Source: Candidatus Acidiferrum sp. | Lineage (GTDB): Bacteria > Acidobacteriota > Terriglobia > Acidiferrales > UBA7541 | NCBI GenBank assembly: GCA_036521695.1 | Contig: DATDHE010000588.1 | Location: forward strand, 3,752-67,751 | DNA length: 64,000 bases | Direction: 5' to 3' | Part shown: positions 1 to 8,394 of the stretch, in pieces | Layout of the letters: every line of letters starts with the position of its first letter | Numbering within the stretch: position 1 is the stretch's first letter | The notes under the pieces: model-generated | The model's input: only the letters and a program-made list of their open reading frames with translations | What the model was told of the DNA's origin: nothing | Database searches by the model: none | Program-made: the position numbers and the translations under genes

Positions 1-147
1 GAACGCGCGCGATTTCTCGATGTCGGTGACATAGATGCGGACGTGATCAATGCCAGTAATGCGTGGGTGAGTTGGTTTCTCCTGAGCGGCGAGCGAGGAG
101 CCGAAACAGAAGGCGGTCAGGACAAGGGCGAATCGATTCATCCACAT
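1..147 (-). CDS. Secreted VOC/glyoxalase-family protein, N-terminal part (runs off window)
   Basis: Manual translation MWMNRFALVLTAFCFGSSLAAQEKPTHPRITGIDHVRIYVTDIEKSRAF: signal peptide plus VOC start motif IDHV..VTD; paralog of the upstream gene. Confidence 0.75.
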   Translation of the reverse strand, partial: MWMNRFALVLTAFCFGSSLAAQEKPTHPRITGIDHVRIYVTDIEKSRAF

Positions 148-190
148 ACTTCTGAATTTTGACATGAGGCGGGATTGTTTGTGAAATGCG

Positions 191-1123
191 TCACTGCTTT
201 GGACCGGGGTGCGGACCGGTGAATTCGGAGCAGCATGGTTTTTGGACGGGCGTGAATTCCATGAATTCGACGCGGGTATCGTCAGCGTCGTAGATGTTGA
301 GCTGCCATTTGCCGTCGCGGCCGATTTTGGGTTGTTCGGAGAGTTTGATGCCAGCTTTCGTGACCTGGTCGGTGATGGCCTGGATGTCAGGAACGCCGAG
401 GGAGATGTGATTCATTACGCCGCGCGTGTGTTTATTGGCATCGGGCGAAATATTGAGCATGTACTCGACCCAATCGGTGCCTTCGGGGACTTGCATGGCG
501 ACCCAGTCGTCTCTTTCTTCCGTCATGCCTCCGTGCCAATAAGGACGGAAGCCTAGTTCATTCACGAAGAAGCGATCGACGACCTCGCGATTGTTAACGA
601 TGAAGCCTGCATGAATGATGCGAACCGGATTAGGAGGATTGGATGGAGGCAGGCCGGCATTCACGTCTTCCGCGTTGGCCAAATGATAGGAGTCCGTAAT
701 TGAAATGTGATGCCCCTCGCGATCCATGAGAGCGAGGCGGATGAGTTCCCCGCCGTGCTTCTTCTTGACCTCGTCAAAGTCGACTTTGTTGAAGTTGAAG
801 TATTTTTTGAATCCCTCGAGGTCATCGGTGAGGAAAGACACCTCGGCGAGAAGGTTCGCAGGAAGAGGAACGGGCGCTTTTTCAAACTTAATGCGCTGGC
901 CGGAAGGAAGAAACAAAAACGGGGAAGGAGCCGCTGCGCAATATTCGCAGGAGCGGCCTGGATCGATGAGCTTTAGATAGAACTTGCGCGCTTCGGTTAC
1001 GTCCGAAACAAGGATGGTAACGCCGGCGATGCCGAGAACACGCGGGCGCTTCGGCACTTTGCGCTTCGCCACAGCGGGAAAACATAGAAGTAAAACGGTA
1101 AAAAGTAGTGCGATCTTTTTCAT
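191..1123 (-). CDS. Secreted two-domain VOC (glyoxalase/bleomycin resistance) family protein
   Basis: Signal peptide; two VOC repeats (IIHAGFIV, WVEYML, NHISLGVPDI, DADDTRVEFME). Confidence 0.8.
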   Translation of the reverse strand: MKKIALLFTVLLLCFPAVAKRKVPKRPRVLGIAGVTILVSDVTEARKFYLKLIDPGRSCEYCAAAPSPFLFLPSGQRIKFEKAPVPLPANLLAEVSFLTDDLEGFKKYFNFNKVDFDEVKKKHGGELIRLALMDREGHHISITDSYHLANAEDVNAGLPPSNPPNPVRIIHAGFIVNNREVVDRFFVNELGFRPYWHGGMTEERDDWVAMQVPEGTDWVEYMLNISPDANKHTRGVMNHISLGVPDIQAITDQVTKAGIKLSEQPKIGRDGKWQLNIYDADDTRVEFMEFTPVQKPCCSEFTGPHPGPKQ

Positions 1124-1132
1124 GCGATGTCC

Positions 1133-2479
1133 TCAGAGATTGGATGCCGAACGAGATTTTACCTTGCGAATTTCATCTAGGCGAGCACGAAGGCGCTGTT
1201 CGAAGCCTTGGTCGGTGGGCTTGTAGTAAGTGCGGCTGGCGAGATTGTCGGGGAGGCAGGTCATGTCCGTCACTTTTTCGTCGAAATTGTGGGCGTATTT
1301 GTAGCCCTCGCCATAGCCGACATTCTTCATGAGGCCGGTGACGGCGTTGCGGAGATGCAGGGGGACGGGATCGGCTTCGGTTTTGTGCACGTCGTCGAGG
1401 ACTTCGCCGTAGGCAGTGTAAACGGCATTGGATTTTGGCGCGAGCGCGAGATAGACGGCGGCTTGCGCAAGTGCGAGATTGCCTTCGGGCACGCCGAGGA
1501 AATCGAAAGCATCTTTGGCGGCTAGCGTGACGGCCAGCGCGCCCGGCTCAGCGAGGCCGATGTCTTCGCTGGCCATGCGAACCATGCGGCGCGCGAGATA
1601 GAGCGGGTCTTCGCCGGATTCGAGCATGCGAGCAAGCCAATATAAAGCGGCGTCGGGATCGGAATTGCGCACAGATTTGTGGAGCGCGGAGATGAGATTG
1701 AAGTGCTCTTCGCCGGCTTTATCGTAGCGCAGGAGTTTGCGCTGGAGAACGTCTTCGAGAAGTTCGCGGGTAATGGTGCGCGCGCCAGATGCGTTGAGCT
1801 TTGCACTGCGAGCCGCAAGGTCGAGCGTGTTGTAGGCGGAGCGGGCGTCGCCGTTGGCATAAGAAGCGATGCGAAAGAGGACGTCGTCGCTGGCTTCCAC
1901 GTTTTCGTTGCCGAGACCGCGTTCTTTATCGACAATGGCGCGTCGAAGCAGGTCGACGATTTGCGGCGTGGTGAGCGGATCGAGAACGTAGACTTTGGTG
2001 CGCGAGAGAAGCGGCGAGATCACTTCGAATGAAGGGTTTTCGGTGGTTGCGCCGATAAACGTAATATGACCAGCTTCGACATAGGGGAGAAAAGCGTCCT
2101 GCTGAGCTTTGTTGAAGCGATGGACTTCGTCGACGAAGACAATGGTGCGCTGGCCAGCGTGGGACTTGCGCTCGGAAGCGGCCATGACCTCCTTGATTTC
2201 CTTGATGCCAGCCAGGACCGCGCTGAAGGCGACAAATTCCGAGCGAGTCAGGCGAGCAATTAAGCGCGCGAGTGTGGTTTTACCGCAGCCCGGTGGGCCC
2301 CATAGCAGCATCGAGCTGATTTGATCGTTTTCAATTTGCTGGCGGAGTGGTTTGCCGGGGCCGAGGAGTTTTTCCTGGCCGATGAATTCATCGAGCGTGC
2401 GAGGACGCATGCGCCCAGCAAGCGGCTGATGGGCCGAGTCTTCGAACGCGGACTGCGGCAATTTGGAGAAAAGGCTCAC
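1133..2479 (-). CDS. rarA: Replication-associated recombination protein A (MgsA/RarA AAA+ ATPase)
   Basis: PLAGRMRPRTLDEFIGQ, Walker A GPPGCGKTT, DEVHRFNKAQQD, GATTENPSF, SEDIGLA. Confidence 0.96.
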   Translation of the reverse strand: MSLFSKLPQSAFEDSAHQPLAGRMRPRTLDEFIGQEKLLGPGKPLRQQIENDQISSMLLWGPPGCGKTTLARLIARLTRSEFVAFSAVLAGIKEIKEVMAASERKSHAGQRTIVFVDEVHRFNKAQQDAFLPYVEAGHITFIGATTENPSFEVISPLLSRTKVYVLDPLTTPQIVDLLRRAIVDKERGLGNENVEASDDVLFRIASYANGDARSAYNTLDLAARSAKLNASGARTITRELLEDVLQRKLLRYDKAGEEHFNLISALHKSVRNSDPDAALYWLARMLESGEDPLYLARRMVRMASEDIGLAEPGALAVTLAAKDAFDFLGVPEGNLALAQAAVYLALAPKSNAVYTAYGEVLDDVHKTEADPVPLHLRNAVTGLMKNVGYGEGYKYAHNFDEKVTDMTCLPDNLASRTYYKPTDQGFEQRLRARLDEIRKVKSRSASNL

Positions 2480-3438
2480 GATTTGGTCCGGGTATTTTCC
2501 GATAAAGAGTTACGCTGGCGAGCGGCTTCGTAGAAGAGAACTGCGGCGGCCGCGGCGGCGTTGAGCGACTCTATGCCGCTGGCCATGGGAATGCGAATGC
2601 GGGCGTCGGCGCTGCGTTCGACTTCTTCGGGCAGGCCTGCGCCTTCATTTCCCACAAGTAGGGCAACAGGTTCGCACCAATCTACTTCCCAGGGGGAGAG
2701 AAGCGGAGCGATTGTGCCGGAATGGGGCCCAGCATGCTGCGCCCCTACAACGGATGAAGAGATTTCGTGTGCGGAAGAGGCTAGGGTGCGAACATTGGCG
2801 ATTTTGAGCTGCGTGAGAAGAATCGGCAGCGACATTGCAGTGAGAATGGGAAGATGAAGCGCCGCCCCGGCGGAGGCGCGCAACGCCTTCGGCGAAAAAG
2901 GACTGGCGGTGCCTGATTGGCCGGAAGCGGCTGTGACTGCACCAGTGGCGCCGAAGGCCGCTGCTGTCCGCATAATCGTTCCGACATTGCCGGGGTCTTG
3001 CACGCCAGCGAGGACCACAAGAAGCGGAGCACACGCGGAAATCGGTGCGCGGAGCATTTCGTCGAAAGTCGAGGTGCGCGGATGGACCAGCGCAGCAACG
3101 CCCTGCGGATGCTCGGTGTCGGCAAGGCCTTCAAACAGGCGGTCAGTGGTGCGTAGCGTGGAAAAAGCCATTTCCGGCCTGTCGATCAGAGGAGCGAGTC
3201 GTTGGTGATGACGTTCGCCGGATTCGCTGAAGAGGACCGCTTCGATGGGGCAGCCGGAGCGCAGGGCTTCTTCGACTAGGCGGACGCCTTCGACGCCGAC
3301 GGCGCCGGATTCCGTCGGCAGACCTCCGCGGAGCGCCATGCGGAACTCTTTGAGCCAGCGATTCTCGCGGCTGGTGAGGACTCCGGGCACGGCTGAGGTT
3401 GCAGCGTTGCGGGCGGATTTGCCTGGAGTGGCCACCAA
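2476..3438 (-). CDS. TrmH/SpoU-family RNA 2'-O-methyltransferase
   Basis: QDPGNVGTIMRTA, GNEGAGL, IPMASGIESLNAA SPOUT motifs. Confidence 0.92.
   Translation of the reverse strand: MVATPGKSARNAATSAVPGVLTSRENRWLKEFRMALRGGLPTESGAVGVEGVRLVEEALRSGCPIEAVLFSESGERHHQRLAPLIDRPEMAFSTLRTTDRLFEGLADTEHPQGVAALVHPRTSTFDEMLRAPISACAPLLVVLAGVQDPGNVGTIMRTAAAFGATGAVTAASGQSGTASPFSPKALRASAGAALHLPILTAMSLPILLTQLKIANVRTLASSAHEISSSVVGAQHAGPHSGTIAPLLSPWEVDWCEPVALLVGNEGAGLPEEVERSADARIRIPMASGIESLNAAAAAAVLFYEAARQRNSLSENTRTKS
2724..2748 (-). repeat. GTAG-type REP-like palindrome inside the trmH-like CDS
   Basis: Minus strand GTAGGGGCGCAGCATGCTGGGCCCC: GTAG followed by an imperfect palindrome; encodes VGAQHAGP. Confidence 0.6.
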
Positions 3439-3539
3439 GGGGAGCGTAACAAATTTCGAGTGCGAGAGGTTAGCCGTCGTGCCGCCAGAGTGGTGGTCGG
3501 TTCAGCCCTTTGGTTCAACTCCGGGAAAAAAGGCGGACG

Positions 3540-4245
3540 CTACGCCGGCCCTGCGGAGGAAGCTATTGGCGCGGTGTGTTGTGATTCGGAAGACGCGAGA
3601 CGCGCGCGAATCCCTGCAAGGAGTTCGAAGGAGCGGAGGCGCGCGGAGTGATCGTAGATGTGTGCCGTGGTCATGATTTCGTCGGGCTGCGTGACTTCGA
3701 TGAATTTGAGTACGCCGCGCTCGACGGTTTCCGGGGACACCACGGCAGAGACCAGGAGCGTCATGCCGGCGGAAGCTTTCTCTGCGGGCGACCAGTAGGA
3801 ATCGATGTCGTCGATGGGCGGCGGAATTTGGCCGGGAGTGCCGCGGCGAAGATTTGTGATAGCCTGCTGGACCGAACTGAAAAGGCAGCGCGCTTGGGCG
3901 CCGGTTTCGGCAACGATGACGTTCAGGCCCAGCATGGCGTAGGGGTGATCGAGTTGCCGTGATGGCTTGAACTGCGTGCGATAGAGCTGGAGCGCCTGCA
4001 TCATGTCGGCGGGCGCGAAATGCGAGGCGAACGCAAACGGCAGGCCGAGCTCGGCGGCAAGTTGCGCGCTGAAGAGACTCGAGCCGAGCACCCAAATGGG
4101 CACGAGTAAGCCGGCGCCGGGAACGGCGCGAATTATTTGATTGGGTGCGGCAGATTCGAAATAGGCTTGCAGTTCCTCGACGTCTTGCGGGAAGTTGTCG
4201 GAAGTGGAAGCAATGTTGCGCCGCAGGGCGCGCGCTGTGGGCTGG
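3540..4245 (-). pseudogene. 5'-truncated LLM-class flavin-dependent oxidoreductase (luciferase-like)
   Basis: QPTARALRR, VPIWVLGSSLFSAQLAAELGLPFAFASHFAP, DEIM..HIYDHSARLRSFELLA; the N-terminal ~100 aa (EHH motif region) is absent. Confidence 0.8.
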
Positions 4246-4486
4246 CTTGGCACAGTGACAGGTTGACTTTCCACACTTTCCGTACGTCTCGCTCAGAGAT
4301 CCCGGCCGCATATCCCCGATCCTGGCAAGGGCAGCCTTGAGATCGGCACCTTTTACTTCGAGCTGCTCGAGTGAAGTTAGTGACATGTGGAGCCCTCCTT
4401 CTTGTAGTGTCTACACTACAAGACATCTAAGAAGAGTACCTTCAATCACTGCATCTCGTCAAACACCACAATGGTGACCTACGCCC
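4246..4486 (-). mobile_element. IS remnant: DUF6788-like accessory gene fragment plus upstream sequence
   Basis: MSLTSLEQLE..IGDMRPGSLSETYGKCGKSTCHCAKP resembles the DUF6788 small proteins encoded upstream of IS transposases; it is fused to the truncated LLM gene. Confidence 0.6.
4400..4423. promoter_or_regulatory. Perfect inverted repeat (operator-like)
   Basis: TCTTGTAGTGT-CT-ACACTACAAGA, 11-bp arms, just upstream of the SD and ATG of the DUF6788-like fragment. Confidence 0.6.
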
Positions 4487-4602
4487 TTCCGGCAGGCTCT
4501 TATTGCATGCGGTAGGTGGGTGTGTTAGCTTCGCCGGGATTGACTGAAATTGTGCGCGAAGCGTCAGCGGATGAGTTTAGGGCTTCGCCAAAGGCCAAAA
4601 AA

Positions 4603-5238
4603 TTGCCGGCAGAACTGTTGCGTGTGAATGCGCAAAACCCGGAATCGGAAGTGCTGCGCTACGCGGCGGACTTTCTGACGCGGGGAAGTGTTGTCGCTAT
4701 TCCTACCGACACGTTTTACGGGCTGGCTGCCGACCCGTTTAATCTCGCCGCTGTGGATGAAATTTACAGGGTGAAGGGGCGCCCGGAGACGCGCGCGCTG
4801 CCCATCCTGGTGCGTTCGCTCGAACAAGCCATGCAACTGGCTCGCGAAGTGCCGCAGATTTTTTTGCGGCTGGCGCAGGAGTTCTGGCCGGGCGCGCTGA
4901 CGCTGGTCGTGGACGCCGCGAACCGCTTGCCGCTGAAAGTGACAGCGAACACAGGGAAAGTAGCGTTGCGCTGGCCGAAGAGCGATGTGGCGCGGAGGCT
5001 AATCGAAGAGTTCGACGGGCCAATCACTGGAACCAGCGCGAATATTTCGGGATTTCCCTCCTGTTCGAACGTCGAGCAGTTGATGAAGCAGCTTGGCGGA
5101 CGTCTACCGCTGGTCCTGGACGGCGGAGAAACCGGCGCGGTGCTGGGTTCGACGATTGTTCATGTCCACGGCGGGGCATGGAAGATTATTCGCGAAGGAG
5201 CGATTCCCGTGGCGGAGATTGAGAAGGCGTTGAAGTAG
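4603..5238 (+). CDS. tsaC: L-threonylcarbamoyladenylate synthase (TsaC/YrdC)
   Basis: VAIPTDTFYGL, KGRP, FWPGALT, TGTSANISG; start chosen at TTG 4603 (the ORF extends to 4516). Confidence 0.9.
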   Translation: MPAELLRVNAQNPESEVLRYAADFLTRGSVVAIPTDTFYGLAADPFNLAAVDEIYRVKGRPETRALPILVRSLEQAMQLAREVPQIFLRLAQEFWPGALTLVVDAANRLPLKVTANTGKVALRWPKSDVARRLIEEFDGPITGTSANISGFPSCSNVEQLMKQLGGRLPLVLDGGETGAVLGSTIVHVHGGAWKIIREGAIPVAEIEKALK

Positions 5239-5254
5239 GAGACGCGGGATGCGC

Positions 5255-6820
5255 TCATCGAACCGCAGGTAGAGTGGCGAGAAAGTCGAAGTCGCCGGTG
5301 GGCGAAAGCGGTAGATCGCCAAGCGAGCGCCGATGGACGGAAACAACGTCGGTGAACCAGAGCGGTAGGTAGGGCAGATCCTCCGCAAGGATTTTTTGAG
5401 CTTCGCTGCAGAGTGCCTTCCTTTTTTCGCGATCCGTTTCGGTGCGAATTTGGTCGACTAGCGCGTCGATGCGCGGGTTGCGGTAGTGTCCGCGATTGGC
5501 ACCGTCGGGCGGGAAGCGCTTCGAGGAAAAGACAAATTCGAAGACGTCGGGATCGTTGTTGGCACCGACCCAGCGCGAATAGGTGAGCTGGAAATTGCCT
5601 CGCGCGGCGTCGGAAAGAAGCGTGGCAAGCTCCAGAGGACGCAATTCGAGATCGACGCCGACGCGACGCCATTGTTCTTGCAGGACTGCGCCCATGAGAC
5701 GGGCTTGTTCTTCGGTGGAGGTTTTCAGCGTGAGGTGGAAACGCGCGCCATCTTGCTTGCGGGGGAACCCGGCGGAGTCGAGAATTTGTTCGGCGCGGGC
5801 GGAATCGAGCGCGTATTGCGCGACGTTCGGTTCGTAGGCCCAGTGATTGGGCGGAAGAATGCCGCTGGCAATGCGCGCTTCTCCGTGAAGGAGATAGCGA
5901 ATGAGCGCTTCGCGATCGGTGGCGAAGGCGAGCGCCTGACGGACTTCGCGTTTGGCGAGGATGGGATCTTCGAGATTGAAGCCGAGGTAGCCAAAATTTG
6001 TGCCGGGACGCTCCGTAACGGCGAGGGCGGGCTGACGAGCAAGGACGGGAATCATATCCGGCGAAAGAGAACTCATTTCCAGGTCGGCAGAGCTTTTGCG
6101 CAGCTCGAGGGCGCGGACGACAGCGTCGGGAACAACGCGAAAACGGACTCGGGCGATTTGCGGTGCGCCGCGAAAGTAATCGGGATTGCGCTCGACGAGG
6201 ACTTCTTCGTCCTGCCTCTGCGAAGAGAAGCGAAACGGGCCGGAACCGATGGGATGGCGCGAAAAATCGGCGCCGGCATCGCGTGGAACGATGCCGACGG
6301 CGGGGCGCGCGAGATTCCAGAGGAACGAGGCGTACGGCTCTGTGAGATGAAAGACGATCGTTGAAGCCTCGGGAGTTTCGATCGAGCCGATCATGCGGAA
6401 AGCGCCGCGCTTTGGAGAGTGAGTGGCGGGGTTGAGGATGGAGTCGAAGGTGTATTTGATGTCGGCGGCAGTGAGTGGGCGTCCGTCGTGGAAATGGACG
6501 CCTGAGCGTATATGGAAAATGTAGGTGAGAGGGTCGGGCGTGCTCCAGGATTCGGCGAGGTCGCCGTGGAAATTCATCTGGTCGTCGCGTTCGAGCAGGC
6601 TGCTGAAGAGGAGGCCGTCGATTTTTTGGGATTGGGAGTCGGTGGCGAAGCGTGCGTCGAGATTTGTTGGGTTGGATTCGATTAAGAAAGTGAGGGAACT
6701 GGGGTCGAACGAATTGCTAGGGCCACAACCAGCCAAAAAAAGGAGCAAAGATTTAACGCAGAGGACACAGAGGAGAGGCAGAGTTCGCGGAGAAGATGGG
6801 GCGCTATTGGGGCGGGGCAT
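5255..6820 (-). CDS. ABC transporter substrate-binding lipoprotein, family 5 (Opp/Dpp)
   Basis: Lipobox LAGC, LAESW, GVHFHDGRPLTAADIKYTF, PIGSGPF, VRQAL. Confidence 0.9.
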   Translation of the reverse strand: MPRPNSAPSSPRTLPLLCVLCVKSLLLFLAGCGPSNSFDPSSLTFLIESNPTNLDARFATDSQSQKIDGLLFSSLLERDDQMNFHGDLAESWSTPDPLTYIFHIRSGVHFHDGRPLTAADIKYTFDSILNPATHSPKRGAFRMIGSIETPEASTIVFHLTEPYASFLWNLARPAVGIVPRDAGADFSRHPIGSGPFRFSSQRQDEEVLVERNPDYFRGAPQIARVRFRVVPDAVVRALELRKSSADLEMSSLSPDMIPVLARQPALAVTERPGTNFGYLGFNLEDPILAKREVRQALAFATDREALIRYLLHGEARIASGILPPNHWAYEPNVAQYALDSARAEQILDSAGFPRKQDGARFHLTLKTSTEEQARLMGAVLQEQWRRVGVDLELRPLELATLLSDAARGNFQLTYSRWVGANNDPDVFEFVFSSKRFPPDGANRGHYRNPRIDALVDQIRTETDREKRKALCSEAQKILAEDLPYLPLWFTDVVSVHRRSLGDLPLSPTGDFDFLATLPAVR

Positions 6821-7991
6821 AGGAGATTTTACCGAGAACGGCAGGGCCGCGTGCACCGGTGGCGGACGGGAGATTTCCGGGGCGTCGATGGAAAGATTCG
6901 TATGCTAATAGAGCGAAAGCAAACGCTTCTTTGGCGTCTTCGGGGATCCCAAAGTTTGAAGATGGAAGAATCTCGATGCCGCTTAGAGCAGCGGAAAGTT
7001 GCGCGAGGAGAAGAGGATTCTTTGCGCCACCACCGGAAACAATGAGTTGACGGATTTTTGTTTTGGGTGAGACGAAGCGGTTCAGCGCGTCGACGACGGA
7101 AAGCGCAGTGAAAATCGTTGCTGCACGGATCAAATCGGCGGCCTTGGCGCGATGTTTTTTGCCGAGGGCGAGAACCTTTTGCAGATAAGCGTGACCGTAA
7201 TATTCGCGGCCCGTGGATTTTGGAGGAGCGATCTTTAGATAGGGATCGCGCATCAGTTCGTTGAGAAGCGCGGGGACCGAGCGGCCAGTTTGCGCGATGC
7301 GGGCGTCTTTGTCGAAACGCTGGCGGCCATGGCTGAAGTGAGCGACGAGGGCGTCGATCAGCATATTGGCGGGGCCGGTATCGAACGCGAGGATCTGTTC
7401 TGGCTTTGCCGCGGCGGGAATCACTGTGATGTTCGCGATGCCGCCGAGATTCAGCGAGATGCGGCCGAGTTTTTCGTCGCGATAGAGAAGATAGTCGGCA
7501 TAAGGGACGAGCGGAGCGCCTTGGCCACCGAGAGCGATGTCGGCGGGGCGAAACTCGCCGACGGTGGTAATGCCCGTGCGCACGGCGATGATGGATGGCT
7601 CGCCGATTTGCAACGTTGAAGCTGTGGGGCGGCCAAGATACGGTGCGGGCTTTCCCTGATGAAAAATAGTTTGGCCGTGACTGCCGATGAGTGCGATGCG
7701 TTTTGGTGAGACGCAAAATGTTCGGCAAGCGGCGAGAGCTGCTTCGGCGAAGACTTCTCCCAAGCGAAAATTCAACTGGCTGAGTTCACCGGCTGTGAAG
7801 GAGTGTTGCTCGGCGACGCGCAGAATTTCCTTGCGCAACGCAGCAGGGAATTTGCTCGAAGTGTGGCCGAGAAGTTTCGCATGCAGATGCGGTGACGCGC
7901 CGGAGAGGCGTGCTAGCGCGACGTCAATACCGTCGGCGGAAGTGCCAGACATAAGGCCGAGAACAAGCATGTGGGAATTATGAGGTCTCAA
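6804..7991 (-). CDS. anmK: Anhydro-N-acetylmuramic acid kinase
   Basis: GLMSGTSADGID, GSHGQT, GGQGAPLVP, NLGGIAN, FDTGPAN, PKSTGRE, KEAFAFA. Confidence 0.96.
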   Translation of the reverse strand: MRPHNSHMLVLGLMSGTSADGIDVALARLSGASPHLHAKLLGHTSSKFPAALRKEILRVAEQHSFTAGELSQLNFRLGEVFAEAALAACRTFCVSPKRIALIGSHGQTIFHQGKPAPYLGRPTASTLQIGEPSIIAVRTGITTVGEFRPADIALGGQGAPLVPYADYLLYRDEKLGRISLNLGGIANITVIPAAAKPEQILAFDTGPANMLIDALVAHFSHGRQRFDKDARIAQTGRSVPALLNELMRDPYLKIAPPKSTGREYYGHAYLQKVLALGKKHRAKAADLIRAATIFTALSVVDALNRFVSPKTKIRQLIVSGGGAKNPLLLAQLSAALSGIEILPSSNFGIPEDAKEAFAFALLAYESFHRRPGNLPSATGARGPAVLGKISYAPPQ

Positions 7992-8394
7992 CTCTTTCCT
8001 TTTCGCTACAAAATCCAGCGCCCGTCTTCATATTCAAAATAGCCAAGCGTGCCTTTCGTGCAAGAAAGGAATATGCCGAAACCGCGTCTCAAAATGGCCC
8101 AGACTGCCTCTTTCAAAGCCATTTCCTTGCCGTCGAATTCACCTTCTTCTGCAATCACATAACAGATGTCCGCAGCCCCTTTGGATTTAAGGATGCTCAG
8201 GGTTCTGTTAAGGCCGCCTGGGAAGGAGGAATCGGTACCGCAAATCTCATGTCCAGATGCTCAGAGTGGGCAAGCTCACGGGTAACATCTCTCCTTCGCT
8301 TCGGTTTCTGTAACAATTCCAGATATCGGCTTTGGCGCTTTGGAAGTATGAAGGCCCTGATCAAGGCTTCTTCACGTTCAGTTTGTTCGCTCAT
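7988..8394 (-). pseudogene. Frameshifted small hypothetical protein (~130 aa)
   Basis: ORF 8394-8197 continues after a frameshift near 8200 as LSILKSKGAADICYVIAEEGEFDGKEMALKEAVWAILRRGFGIFLSCTKGTLGYFEYEDGRWIL*; stop TAG at 8006-8008, next in-frame TGA at 7988-7990. Confidence 0.65.

Noticed and set aside
3502-4386. 294-aa ORF as a real protein
   Set aside because: Only the first ~48 codons look genuine; the rest is an out-of-frame read of the LLM gene
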